The notes: a model not told the origin generated them from the sequence alone. A stretch of 64,000 bases of DNA from Candidatus Omnitrophota bacterium (GCA_043812935.1 JBDRLO010000024.1:9295-73294); one strand, 5' to 3'. Shown: positions 49,401-59,594, counted from the first letter of the stretch. Numbers and translations are program-made.

Positions 49401-50066
49401 TTACGACAAAGACTTAAGAATTGTTTTCTCTAGGTATTCAAATTTGTTTTCAATATAGTAATGCCGCATTTGTGTGTCCAACAACGAGCCCAGAGCAACT
49501 TTAAAATCATTAGCACTGAACGAAGTAGCTTTTTTAAGGAGTTTTTTTAAATTATCAGTTTTTGTGTTAAGAGTGATTCCTTGTCGTAATAAAAATTCAA
49601 GGTCAAAAAAATCACGTATTGCTTTTCTTTCTAATGCGGCTTCAATTTTATTTTTCATGGCCTGTTCAAGTGTGTGTACGCGCATAATTACCTGTTTTGT
49701 GCTGTATTGTGAAAAAGCGATTCTTTCCTGAAAATCACATTTCATCAAAGCTTTGCGTATTTCAATTTTAAGCCGTCTGGGGTAATTTTTTGAACGGATT
49801 TCAAATAAAAGCGTATAAAATTTTATTTGGGCGTCAGTTATATCATAGTCTGTATTTTTTAAATATTGATGTAATTTTTTAAAATAATCTTTAACAGGCA
49901 TTTTTCGAATAAACCAAAAATCCAAATCGACAGAATACCTGTTTAAATCGTAACATAGGCGCAACATGGTTCCCCCACCGAAGACCAAAGGCTCTAAGAA
50001 CTTAGCGCTTTTCAATTGATTTAAAACTTCAATTTCAAATATTTCGTGTTTTTGCAGAACATTCAT
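49401..50066 (-). CDS. AbiEii-family nucleotidyltransferase toxin (type IV TA)
   Basis: FGGGTMLRLCY, RYSVDLDF, KIEAALER, RDFFDL. Confidence 0.9.
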   Translation of the reverse strand: MNVLQKHEIFEIEVLNQLKSAKFLEPLVFGGGTMLRLCYDLNRYSVDLDFWFIRKMPVKDYFKKLHQYLKNTDYDITDAQIKFYTLLFEIRSKNYPRRLKIEIRKALMKCDFQERIAFSQYSTKQVIMRVHTLEQAMKNKIEAALERKAIRDFFDLEFLLRQGITLNTKTDNLKKLLKKATSFSANDFKVALGSLLDTQMRHYYIENKFEYLEKTILKSLS

Positions 50067-50634
50067 TTTTGAAAAGCTCCTGGGTTTTTTTTGGAAAATT
50101 TTTTAATAAAAATTTTAATTTAGTTTGGTTTAATTTATTGAAATCGATAGAAGATATGTCGAAAAAATATCTATTCAACGACATTAAATATAATGCGTCT
50201 AAAAAAGCCTTTTCAGGGGTTGCTATGAAAAAAACCTTATTTTTAATAAAATCAGCATACAGAGCGTGTTGTATTTTAGTATAAGTTAAAACAGTGTTTT
50301 TTATTTCCAGGCGTTTTGTCCTTTTTATTGCGATTGATTCTATAAAGCCCTGCTGGATGAGGCTGGTTATTTCATAAAAAGAAAGTGCAGTCATCAGGGA
50401 TATATATGATGGCACTTGTACAACATTTGCCAGGAGAAATTTCTCCTCAATTTCTAATGTGACCCAACGGTTGTTTAAAATATATAAATTACGTTTTATT
50501 CTAACCAACAAGCCTTGTTTAACGTAGCGATTTGCTTCTACTCGGGCAGATTTTAATTTTGTGCCGAGAGTTTTTGCTATCTCCTCATAGCCGAAATACA
50601 GTTTAGTAATGTGATTTAATTTTGCGTAATTCAT
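50035..50634 (-). CDS. AbiEi-family antitoxin (type IV TA)
   Basis: wHTH with LVRIKRNLY, PSYISLMTALSFY, ATPEKAFLD; overlaps the toxin start. Confidence 0.88.
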   Translation of the reverse strand: MNYAKLNHITKLYFGYEEIAKTLGTKLKSARVEANRYVKQGLLVRIKRNLYILNNRWVTLEIEEKFLLANVVQVPSYISLMTALSFYEITSLIQQGFIESIAIKRTKRLEIKNTVLTYTKIQHALYADFIKNKVFFIATPEKAFLDALYLMSLNRYFFDISSIDFNKLNQTKLKFLLKNFPKKTQELFKNECSAKTRNI

Positions 50635-50694
50635 AAGTACACCTAATTAACATATTTGTTAACTAAGTATACTTTACTAAATTTTAAAAGTCAA
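50635..50694 (-). promoter_or_regulatory. abiE promoter and autoregulatory inverted repeat
   Basis: Minus strand TTGACT-17-TATACT; IR AAGTACACCTAATTAACA-tatt-TGTTAACTAAGTATACTT (50635-50674, 15/18 match). Confidence 0.75.
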
Positions 50695-50904
50695 GGCATA
50701 AGCACAAAAAATTTACTGCAATAAATTGTGAGATGTGTTTATAAAGCATGTTTGTATTTGCAAATAAAGCAAATTATGGCATAATATAACAATTCGGCTA
50801 GTCTTAGCCTTGTTGAGCCTAAACAATAATATAAAGACATCTGCACAACCTCCTAGAAATATGATAAAATAGAAAAAAACAGGAGGATAAATAGGCTACT
50901 ACAA

Positions 50905-51458
50905 TTGGTAAAAACGGTTAAAAGAATTGGTACGTTAAAATGCGTGGCAATATCATTTGTTGTTTTAATTGTATATTATAGTGCGTTTATGTTGCCTTTA
51001 ACACCAATTGGCGCTAGTATCCATAAAAATATTCCGGAGAAAACAGTAATTTTAGATTTACAGCGGCACTACTCTGTCGAAGAGGCGTATAGTTTAATGA
51101 CGCGGGAAGAAGCGATTATTTAAGAAATTTAATGACAATTGATGTGCTCTTCCCTATTCTATATGCTTTCTTTTTTGCTGCAGTAATGTCATATTTGTTT
51201 TCCAGGATCGAGTCGAAAAGCGAATGGGTTAAATTTGTGTATATGATCCCGCTTTTAGCTGCTTTTTCTGATTTTCTGGAAAATATCTTTATTGTGGTAA
51301 TGCTTTTCAATTATCCGAAAGAGGTTTCTCTTGCCGCTGTTTTTGGTGTTTTTTTTACCCGCTTTAAATGGATGTTGTTTGATGCATGTATAGTGGGTAT
51401 AATATTGGAAATCTTTTGGTTAATGTGTGTAAAAATTAAAAGGAGAAAAAATGAATGA
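50905..51458 (+). pseudogene. Frameshifted membrane protein gene (ORFs 50905-51123 and 51132-51458)
   Basis: LDLQRHYSVEEAYSLM continues in another frame as DAGRSDYLRNLMTIDVLFPILY; break near 51100. Confidence 0.6.
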
Positions 51459-51966
51459 AAGATTGTATGAGGAAGGTAAAAATGAGTTTTCAAAATTATA
51501 TGTTTTAGTTGAAAATGTTTTATTCATAATTCAATTTATACTTGCTTATTTGGGGATGAAAGTATTCAAAATAAGCAATATTCCCCTTCTTTCTTTGATA
51601 TATATCATTTTTGCGATGGTAATGCTTGTTTTTATCCTGAGAAAGCATTTATGTGCAGGATGCTATTATTACGGTAAATGGTGCCATTGCGGGTGGGGAA
51701 AGCTTTCCTCTCTGATGTATAAGAAGGATACAGGCAATATTGAGCTTGGTGGAAAACTTGCGGGAATGACATGGGGCGTACTTATGGGCGTACCGTTATT
51801 AGTTATGATACTGGCTATAATAATCCGGAAAGTAACTTTTTTTGAAATTGCGCCTATTTTAATTCCATTTATTATTGTTGTAATGATTAATGGTGCTATG
51901 CATGCGGCTGACTGTAAAAAATGTAAGATGAGGTTTGTTTGTCCCGGCAGTGCGGCTAAAAAATAA
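51451..51966 (+). CDS. Four-TM hypothetical protein with Cys clusters
   Basis: LCAGCYYYGKWCHCGWG and CKKCKMRFVCP; AGGAG RBS. Confidence 0.75.
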   Translation: MNERLYEEGKNEFSKLYVLVENVLFIIQFILAYLGMKVFKISNIPLLSLIYIIFAMVMLVFILRKHLCAGCYYYGKWCHCGWGKLSSLMYKKDTGNIELGGKLAGMTWGVLMGVPLLVMILAIIIRKVTFFEIAPILIPFIIVVMINGAMHAADCKKCKMRFVCPGSAAKK

Positions 51967-51994
51967 ATGTATATAACAGATCCCTCCCCCGCTG

Positions 51995-52102
51995 TTTAAT
52001 AGGGACAGCTACCATTTATTAGGTGTATAAATATTTTGAATGAAAGAGATACTAACATTTTGATTTTTGTTTGCCTAATAAATGGTAGCTGTCCCTATTA
52101 AA
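51995..52102. repeat. REPIN/MITE-like element: perfect 29-bp inverted repeats around a 50-bp spacer
   Basis: TTTAATAGGGACAGCTACCATTTATTAGG (51995-52023) / CCTAATAAATGGTAGCTGTCCCTATTAAA (52074-52102), between convergent genes. Confidence 0.9.
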
Positions 52103-52111
52103 TAAACAGGA

Positions 52112-55100
52112 TTAGAGTGATGTAAATGCCTGGGCTTCTGCTTTATATTCAACTCGCAATTTGTCATATTCAAAGAAATCAGCATCAGGGAGCAGGAATA
52201 CTATTCGTGATTCCTCATCATAGTTTGCTATGATCGGAGGACGCTTAGTAGGCTGTAGCCCTATTGCCAGTTCTATTGTTAGGGAGAGCATTTTGACCAG
52301 CATAACCTTTTGAATTAATTGCTGGTTCCCGTCCTTACAGAATTTTATTTTTGAAGTGTTAATACTTGCAATAAACGCCCTTTTTTCTTTCGGAGTACTT
52401 TTTAAACCGCTAAACGTAGCCGCATTAATTGTTGTGTCAGAGCCCATGGCAATAATGTCTGACAGTTCTGTCGAGGTTTTTTTTGCCTTTTCCATGATTT
52501 CCGCTGCCAGATTTTCGCTGGTGCTATGTACGAAAAATACGTTATCAAGCCCCATATCCTTTAGCCGCTTTTCAAGGCGGCACATTTCCTTAGGTTTGTT
52601 TTCAGGAGGCAGAAGCTCTTTAAAAAGCGGAAAAAGCAGGTTGTGCTGAAGCTGGTCGTCTTTATTTGGTATCCAGTCTGTTTCAAACGCGACAATGAGG
52701 TTTTTATTTTGTTGTTGCTTAAGCCGAGCAAGTGCTATAAGCGAATTTATAATGCTGGCCGGTTCAAGTTCGTGCAAGTGTTTTGTAATATATTCCATAT
52801 CTTGGTCGATCTTTGCCGGAACTTTTGCAAGGTTTGCCAACTCAGCGAAATGCTCCTTTTTTTCAAGGTCTTTTATGAAGCCCATTGTTTGTAAAGTTTT
52901 TCCGATTTCCTGGCGGATTTCCTCGGAAAGGTCTTTTTTAGTAAGCGGCTGAGGGCGCAAGTCTTGAGTAAAACCGTCAATGCTTTTAAGGAAATTCCGG
53001 ATCGCGTTTGTTTTTTTTACAAGGTTTACGCGGATATTATTTGCCTCAGCTTTTGCTATGTGCAATAGCCGGATAGTTTTATCGTGTGTTTTTTTCGGAT
53101 GAGGTGCCGCGGTTTCAGGCGTTTCTGTAATTTGTAATTGTGTTGACGCGTTTTGCGCATTGTCGCCTAATTTATCTTTTTGAATGGCGGCAATAGCGCC
53201 TTTTGGGATTGGAGGATCAGTTTTTACTGGCAATTTTGTTTCTGGCGTTTCAACCATTCTTGTTTCCGGATCTTCTTCCAAGCTTGTCGTTAAAATATGT
53301 TTGAAAAAACATTTCATTGCAAAGTATAAAGCAGCTAATACCGCAATGATTAATGTTAATTTTAACGTAAAAATGCCCGGGTTATGTTCGGTTTTGAGAC
53401 ATATTTCAAAAAGATTTTGTGCCGACGCCGGGTTTTGAAAGAAATTTATTATTAATGGAACAGTTGGGATTGCCAATAGAAAAGGCAAAAGTGCCCGGAT
53501 ATTCTTTTTATCCGACGATTTATTGCCGGAGATTTTGTTTATTATTGATTTTACGAAAAATTGTATAATGTAAAACGCGATTAAAAGGAAAAATACGTAA
53601 TTAAGATAACTTATAACCGGGGAAATACGTTTTACTGTTGTAAGAAAACCGGAATAGTTTAATAATCCGGCATGTGATTGCCCTTCCCAGAAAGATACTA
53701 TTGAGAAAACAATAGCTGAAATCGTAACTAATAAAGGTAACATTGCTTTCATTGCGTTTAAGAAAGAGTTTTTCTTTCCGTTTGTTTTTAATGTTTCAGT
53801 ATCAGTTATTTTAATAACTTTTGAGTCCGCTACTGTAGAAAAGTTCTCCATTAACGAAACAGTTGTCCCGTTTTGGATTTGTTCCTTGCTCATTTTTTGA
53901 GGGTCCACCAGAAAAATCACGGTGGATTTAATAATAGGCGACATTTTGAAAACGGGCATATTCTTAAGCGCATGCGCGTTCATAATAACCATTTTTATTT
54001 TTCCGGATTGAATTGATTCAAGAAGCTTTGATTCCTGTTTTTTGTAAAGAGAACCGTCAACAAACAAAATATCTTCGTTAAATATATTTTTTTTAATTTG
54101 TGTAGCAAAGGTCATAAAACTTTTTGCAGTTGTAACATCCGGGGTTAAAACAAATTGAAGTGTTTGATTAACGCTGGTTTGGTGTTGTTTTTCTTTTTGC
54201 ATTTCGGGGACAGCGTTGAGTATGGCACTAAACTTGTCTTCAGTGTTTTTTGGAATTGAAGCTGCTCTTGTAAATATCCATATTTTACTATCTGTTTTAT
54301 AAGTGTGTTGTTTGTGTTTAGATTTATTTGACAAAACAAAGTTTTTGGCCAATAAAATAAAAGTCAGGGCTACAAGAAAAGTTGTTGCCAAGAGCCCCCA
54401 AATGGAAGGGCCTTTATTCCCTATTTTTTGGTTGGTTTCTAATATAAAATTAGCCGTTCCATTGCCCCGTAAATAGAAAACAGAAAACATTATGGGGATT
54501 ATATATTTAAGTGATGTCCAGAACGTGAAATCCTGAGTTTTTTTAGCTTCCGTGTTTGTTCTTGAGATGTTTGTATGTAGCTCCTTGAGTTTGGTCAAGG
54601 CGGAAGCTCGCCTGATAAGTATTGCACGTACGAGAATTACAAATACAGCTATGGAAAATACAATTTCGAATCCCACGATTAATTTGTTGAAAAAGGCTAC
54701 TTGGCAAGCTTTTTTTAATTCCTCTGTTAGCATTATTTGGGCAACTGGCTGTGATAATGCCCGGCTGCTTAACATAAAGATTGTTGTAGGTATAAGAAAA
54801 ACAAAAGGAACTATGCTTTTGAGGATATTTATAAGAGCGTTTTTCTTTTTCTGTGCACTGTTGAGAGTTTTTTCATCGGTCATATCCGCTATTGTAAAAT
54901 TGTTTATGTTGGAAAAACTTTTATGAGAATGAAGTGTTGCGGCTTTTTTAAGCTGGCTCCGGGTCATTGTAGGCCCGTCAACAATAAAAACGGCCAAAGA
55001 TTTAATATTAGACGATATTTTACGTTGAGGCATATCGCTGACATGGTCAGCGGCCATAATAACCCATTTTATTTCACCGGATAGAATGGATTGTAGTTTT

Positions 55101-58100
55101 TTTCGGATTTTTTCTTTGGAGGTTTTTGAGTCAATTAATAAAATATGTTTATCGGGCAGCGAGTCTCCATTCGATGTTGCCCTTAATGAGTGGTAAAAAC
55201 GTTTTGCGGTTTCAGAATCAGGGGTTAAAACAAATTGTATAGTTTGCTCAAGAGGAATTTCATATGAGCCTTCGTTTATTAAGCCACTGATAAATGTTTT
55301 AATGCGGGCATATTTATCTTTCGGCCTGTGCAGTACGGGAATTTTTTTCGATGTTTCGATGCTGTATTTTGGTGCGGCAGTAGAAATTTTTTGCGGCAGC
55401 ACCCGTTCTATGGGGGTAGTAATATGTTTTAAATGGGTAACGGTAGCCGGGTCTTTCCCCCCTCTGGTTCGAGGAATTACAGCTTTTGGTTCTTTTCTAT
55501 GCTGCAAATGAATGACTTTATCATTTTGGTCATTCGCGGGAGCAATGCGGATCGTGTTTTGGAGTTTTTTTGCCCTTTGGCAGATTCTCGTGCTAAATAC
55601 TCCTTCTTCTTTAGTTAAGATGGAATCAAATAAAGTTGCGCAATTATAAAACTTTTCAGATTTTATTTTTTGAAGGGTTTCCGCGGCTAATAACCTGGTT
55701 TCAATGTCGTTGGTTGAAACCAGAGCTGCTATTTCCAGCACGAATTCCGCTTTTTCATATTGGGTATAATAAAGATCAGGATATTTTATCCTTCCAAGAG
55801 CTGCTATGCCCAAATTTTTTATTGTGTGATTAGAAGCATTAACATCTGCCAATGCTTTTGTAAACATATCTTCTTCTGTATATTCTCCCAGTGTTTCCAA
55901 AATTTGTTCCGCGTCAGACCTGACATTAAAATTATTTTCCACTAACAACTTGCGTATATGCGGGACAAGCTCTGTTACTTTTTTTTCAAAAAGAAGTTGA
56001 TCGTCCTGAGCGATTATTTTTAAATATGTTTTCAAGGCATATTTGCGCGCGTATTCATTTGTGTTTTTATGGAATAGCGCTTTCTCTAAAATAGTAATTT
56101 TTTCAGAGGAATCGATTTCCAGAAAATCCAATGCTGTTATTGCGCCGTATTGCGAAAATTCAGGCTTTTTTGTAAATAACGTTCTTTTAATTTTAGGGAT
56201 TGCCAATTCGCCGAATTTTGCGAGTTCCCTGCTTGCGGGAAAATTATATTTAAGAGGATCGGATGGCGTTATAGTTATAGAGTGTAATAACTGTCCCAGG
56301 GCAGAAACAGCTTTTTTTCTAATATTCTTGTTGGAAGACGCGGAAAAATTACCCAATTGCTGCCAGGCATATAGTTGTTCTTCAGGAGAAGTATCTTTAT
56401 AGGTTAAATCAGCAAGATATTTTTTTATCTGTAATTGTGCTGAAAATTTCCCCTTTTTTTCCAATTTTATGGTTGTTTTGTTACGTATTTCGATATTTGA
56501 GCTTGATAGTTTTTTTCTGGTAGAGACAATAATGTAAATATATATCACGAATTCTATAAAACAAAAAATGAGAGTTAGTTCTATGAAATTTTTCAGGGTA
56601 AAGTTGTTCCGGTAAAGTCTGATACATTTTGTTAAAAATGGTATTTTTGTTTGATTAATATTTAAAGATTTATCTGCTGCATTTAGTACTACCGGAACAG
56701 CTAAAAGAAAATACAGCAAGCAGGTAATGATTTTTGATTTTTTTAAAGGTGATAATATGTCTTTTAAACTTTCAGGTTTCTTTTGTTTTTCCGCGGCTGC
56801 TGTTGTGTCTTTTTCGGCTTTTATGTTTTGCCGGGGTGTAGAATGGATAATTTTCTTTAATAATGTTTGAGCTTTTAAACAAAGCGTTTCATCAAAAATA
56901 GGGGGTTCGATGCCTATGATATCGCGCAAAAAACCGGCACAATCGAAAAATTCCGCGGCTCCAATATTTAGAAGCGCTTCTACGGCCGATAAGCGGGTTG
57001 CAGGATCATCCTTTGGATGAAGAGCGATTGTTTTTAAAATAGTACATGCTTCGTTATGAAACGTTTCAGAAAGTGGAGTATAGTTTATTTGTCCAAGTGC
57101 AGTAATTCCGGCACTTCGTGTTTCCTGGTCAGGATCTTTTATGTCTGCCAAAGCTTTATCAAAGCTATCTATGGCAGTAAGTATTTTCCAGTTATTCAAA
57201 ATTTGTTTGGCATAATGGCGTACAGGTTTATAACTATTTTTTAACTGTGAACGTATAAACGGCGTCCAATTAGTTATATTTATTTCAGAGGTCGGGGTAC
57301 GTGACATTTGCCAAATCATCCCCAAGGCATAATGCTGAACTTTTTCTTCGAGTTTTACATTACCAGTCAAAAGTATTTTTTCTAAAAATTTGAGTTTCTT
57401 GTTTTCTTCAATTTGCAAAAAGCCCAAAGCAATTATTCCGCTGTATTGCAACAGTTCGTTATTTTTTGTTAACAGTGATCGTGCAATTTCAGGAATTGCT
57501 AAATCACCGAATTTTGATATTTCCCAGGCAACAGGAAAAATGTCCTTAACATTAGAAGATGCTACATTGGTTTTGTATGCTAATATCCGTCCCAGCGCTT
57601 TTACGGCGTATTTTTTTATATCAAGGTCATCAGTTTCACTTAAGTTCGACATGTTACCAAGAGTTTTCCACGCAATTTCTTGTTTTTCTTCAGAAGTATC
57701 CCGAAACTTTAAATCTGAAAGGTATTTTTGTATTTGTAAGATTTTATTTGCGTTTTCTTCGTATAATTTTAATTTTTTTGCGGCTTTTTCGCGTCTTGCG
57801 CTGAGACTGCTTGTAAGGTTAAACACACAAATCACATGTTTCCAAATGAGCCGTGTAACTCCAATAAAAATGCTGACACTTATTAAACCGATTAAAAAAT
57901 GCTTAAGACTAAAATTGAAACGAAGGTTTCTTATAAGAGTAGTAAGGTGCCTTATCTCATTTTGGCTTATTTCAGGATATTTTTTTAGGAATTCGTCAAG
58001 GTTAGGTAGAATTAATACTGCCGTCAGTCCGGATGTCATGATTTCAGAATTCTTTATATATTTTAATAATTCCTTAAATTTACCCCAGCGTTTATTCTTA

Positions 58101-58771
58101 AAGGCTGTTTTTGTATCAGAAATAATGTTTTTTTCAGGGTTTTGAATTAATAATTTTTCTTTAGGTGGTACTGCCGTTTTAGTTAAACTTTTCGGTGCTT
58201 TATCGGCCACTGGTGCGTCTGTAAAAAGTTTTATGACGTATTTATTGGATTCAAAAAGTGTTTCGCCCTGCAATTCTTGCGCGGAAGGAGATGCTTTTTT
58301 CGCAACCAATAGTAAGGATTCAATATTATTCGGGTTATATGGAAGGGCAAGTATGTCATTCTTTTGTATATATTTTGGGGCTTTTCTTGTGCTGTTTGGA
58401 TTCTTTAGTTTTTGTAGTAAGTATTCCAGTGTAAAAATATATTCTAACGTTACATTTGCCTGTTTTTCATATGCGCACGTAAGGCTTGTGTCCAGAGCCG
58501 AAATTGGAAGCTGGTTATCATATAGGTATTTTGCGATATCCAGGATTATGTTTTGTAACACAGCATCCGCGGCAATTGACTCACGGAATGTTTCCCCGTT
58601 TTGAGTGAGCATTTTTTCCTGGAAAATGCCTTGACCGGAAATTGTAGGTGCGGTAACAGGTTTTAAAAAAGTTAAAGAAGGATTACTCCATGAAATATCC
58701 GAAGAAAGAAGAGTACATATTAAAAAAAGTGAAATGATTTTAAAGGTAAAATAACTTTTTATTTCATTCAT
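52112..58771 (-). CDS. Large (2219 aa) multi-TM orphan protein with duplicated HEAT-like and duplicated alpha/beta modules
   Basis: Uninterrupted ORF; signal peptide KIISLFLICTLLSSDISWS; internal repeats visible by eye; AGGGAAGG RBS. Confidence 0.85.
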   Translation of the reverse strand: MNEIKSYFTFKIISLFLICTLLSSDISWSNPSLTFLKPVTAPTISGQGIFQEKMLTQNGETFRESIAADAVLQNIILDIAKYLYDNQLPISALDTSLTCAYEKQANVTLEYIFTLEYLLQKLKNPNSTRKAPKYIQKNDILALPYNPNNIESLLLVAKKASPSAQELQGETLFESNKYVIKLFTDAPVADKAPKSLTKTAVPPKEKLLIQNPEKNIISDTKTAFKNKRWGKFKELLKYIKNSEIMTSGLTAVLILPNLDEFLKKYPEISQNEIRHLTTLIRNLRFNFSLKHFLIGLISVSIFIGVTRLIWKHVICVFNLTSSLSARREKAAKKLKLYEENANKILQIQKYLSDLKFRDTSEEKQEIAWKTLGNMSNLSETDDLDIKKYAVKALGRILAYKTNVASSNVKDIFPVAWEISKFGDLAIPEIARSLLTKNNELLQYSGIIALGFLQIEENKKLKFLEKILLTGNVKLEEKVQHYALGMIWQMSRTPTSEINITNWTPFIRSQLKNSYKPVRHYAKQILNNWKILTAIDSFDKALADIKDPDQETRSAGITALGQINYTPLSETFHNEACTILKTIALHPKDDPATRLSAVEALLNIGAAEFFDCAGFLRDIIGIEPPIFDETLCLKAQTLLKKIIHSTPRQNIKAEKDTTAAAEKQKKPESLKDILSPLKKSKIITCLLYFLLAVPVVLNAADKSLNINQTKIPFLTKCIRLYRNNFTLKNFIELTLIFCFIEFVIYIYIIVSTRKKLSSSNIEIRNKTTIKLEKKGKFSAQLQIKKYLADLTYKDTSPEEQLYAWQQLGNFSASSNKNIRKKAVSALGQLLHSITITPSDPLKYNFPASRELAKFGELAIPKIKRTLFTKKPEFSQYGAITALDFLEIDSSEKITILEKALFHKNTNEYARKYALKTYLKIIAQDDQLLFEKKVTELVPHIRKLLVENNFNVRSDAEQILETLGEYTEEDMFTKALADVNASNHTIKNLGIAALGRIKYPDLYYTQYEKAEFVLEIAALVSTNDIETRLLAAETLQKIKSEKFYNCATLFDSILTKEEGVFSTRICQRAKKLQNTIRIAPANDQNDKVIHLQHRKEPKAVIPRTRGGKDPATVTHLKHITTPIERVLPQKISTAAPKYSIETSKKIPVLHRPKDKYARIKTFISGLINEGSYEIPLEQTIQFVLTPDSETAKRFYHSLRATSNGDSLPDKHILLIDSKTSKEKIRKKLQSILSGEIKWVIMAADHVSDMPQRKISSNIKSLAVFIVDGPTMTRSQLKKAATLHSHKSFSNINNFTIADMTDEKTLNSAQKKKNALINILKSIVPFVFLIPTTIFMLSSRALSQPVAQIMLTEELKKACQVAFFNKLIVGFEIVFSIAVFVILVRAILIRRASALTKLKELHTNISRTNTEAKKTQDFTFWTSLKYIIPIMFSVFYLRGNGTANFILETNQKIGNKGPSIWGLLATTFLVALTFILLAKNFVLSNKSKHKQHTYKTDSKIWIFTRAASIPKNTEDKFSAILNAVPEMQKEKQHQTSVNQTLQFVLTPDVTTAKSFMTFATQIKKNIFNEDILFVDGSLYKKQESKLLESIQSGKIKMVIMNAHALKNMPVFKMSPIIKSTVIFLVDPQKMSKEQIQNGTTVSLMENFSTVADSKVIKITDTETLKTNGKKNSFLNAMKAMLPLLVTISAIVFSIVSFWEGQSHAGLLNYSGFLTTVKRISPVISYLNYVFFLLIAFYIIQFFVKSIINKISGNKSSDKKNIRALLPFLLAIPTVPLIINFFQNPASAQNLFEICLKTEHNPGIFTLKLTLIIAVLAALYFAMKCFFKHILTTSLEEDPETRMVETPETKLPVKTDPPIPKGAIAAIQKDKLGDNAQNASTQLQITETPETAAPHPKKTHDKTIRLLHIAKAEANNIRVNLVKKTNAIRNFLKSIDGFTQDLRPQPLTKKDLSEEIRQEIGKTLQTMGFIKDLEKKEHFAELANLAKVPAKIDQDMEYITKHLHELEPASIINSLIALARLKQQQNKNLIVAFETDWIPNKDDQLQHNLLFPLFKELLPPENKPKEMCRLEKRLKDMGLDNVFFVHSTSENLAAEIMEKAKKTSTELSDIIAMGSDTTINAATFSGLKSTPKEKRAFIASINTSKIKFCKDGNQQLIQKVMLVKMLSLTIELAIGLQPTKRPPIIANYDEESRIVFLLPDADFFEYDKLRVEYKAEAQAFTSL

Positions 58772-59071
58772 CGATGTCGTACCTTCCCTTAAATACGGTT
58801 AACAACTGGGCTAGATATGTGACGTTTCTATTGATTTTAATAAATTTGTATTATAATACCATGAGGAAAAAGAAAAAACCAGAAAAAAACAAACTTTTTT
58901 AAGGTTAATGCATATTGTTGTTATTTTTCGTTAACGCCTGCAACACAATGAGAATGGCAGGTTTTAATCGGAGACTGGCACTGTAAAGAAGTTCAGCATA
59001 GCTTTTGGTAATTTTTTTCCTTGGACACTATTGGTCCCCTACGACCTACATAATAGTTTAGTAGTTAATAA

Positions 59072-59575
59072 TTAATATCGTTTAGGGGGTTTATAAGTTT
59101 TTGGAACCTTTGGCGGTGTATAGGTTTTTGGTATTTTAGGTAATCTTGGAGTGCTTTGAGTTTGCTGGCGAAGCATTCTTTGGGTTCTGTTGAAGTTTTC
59201 AACTTGTTTTAGTGCCTTGAGTTGACGTTGGGTTCGTTGAAAATTTTTCCAGGAAACTTGGCTGTTAACGGATTTAAGTAAAGTAAAAAGAGTGTCCCGG
59301 TCAACTGAATCTATCGGTAGGCCATTATATTCAAAAGTTGTTATTCCCTCTTCATTTGTTATGCTTTTTATGCCCGGTGTTGTGGCAAGAATGTCAGGAT
59401 TGTATTTGAATATGCCTTTTAATCGTGAAACGATTTCCTCTTTTTTAAGTTCAGGTGTTTCTGTTTCTGAAGAATCGGCAGTATTATCAGTTGTTTCTTC
59501 CGAAAAAGATAAATTTATATTGAATGAAGAAACTATATAAAACACGATAATTACCGTGAGCATGAATTTTTTCAT
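59072..59575 (-). CDS. Exported hypothetical protein with Pro/Lys-rich tail
   Basis: Signal peptide; tail PRLPKIPKTYTPPKVPKTYKPPKRY; AGGAG RBS. Confidence 0.7.
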   Translation of the reverse strand: MKKFMLTVIIVFYIVSSFNINLSFSEETTDNTADSSETETPELKKEEIVSRLKGIFKYNPDILATTPGIKSITNEEGITTFEYNGLPIDSVDRDTLFTLLKSVNSQVSWKNFQRTQRQLKALKQVENFNRTQRMLRQQTQSTPRLPKIPKTYTPPKVPKTYKPPKRY

Positions 59576-59594
59576 AGAACTCCTATTTTTTAAT

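Noticed and set aside
47690-50700. Prophage or integron around the dif-like site
   Set aside because: No integrase, phage structural genes or attC-type repeats are visible
50757-50784. Second xrs-like string TTTGCAAATAA-AGCAAA-TTATGGCATAA that would bracket the TA islet
   Set aside because: Outer arms match poorly; better explained as a TTGCAA/CATAAT promoter for the downstream gene
57390-58145. 251-aa + strand ORF and other ORFs nested antisense to long genes
   Set aside because: Shadow frames of the real CDSs; composition mirrors the opposite strand and no motifs are present
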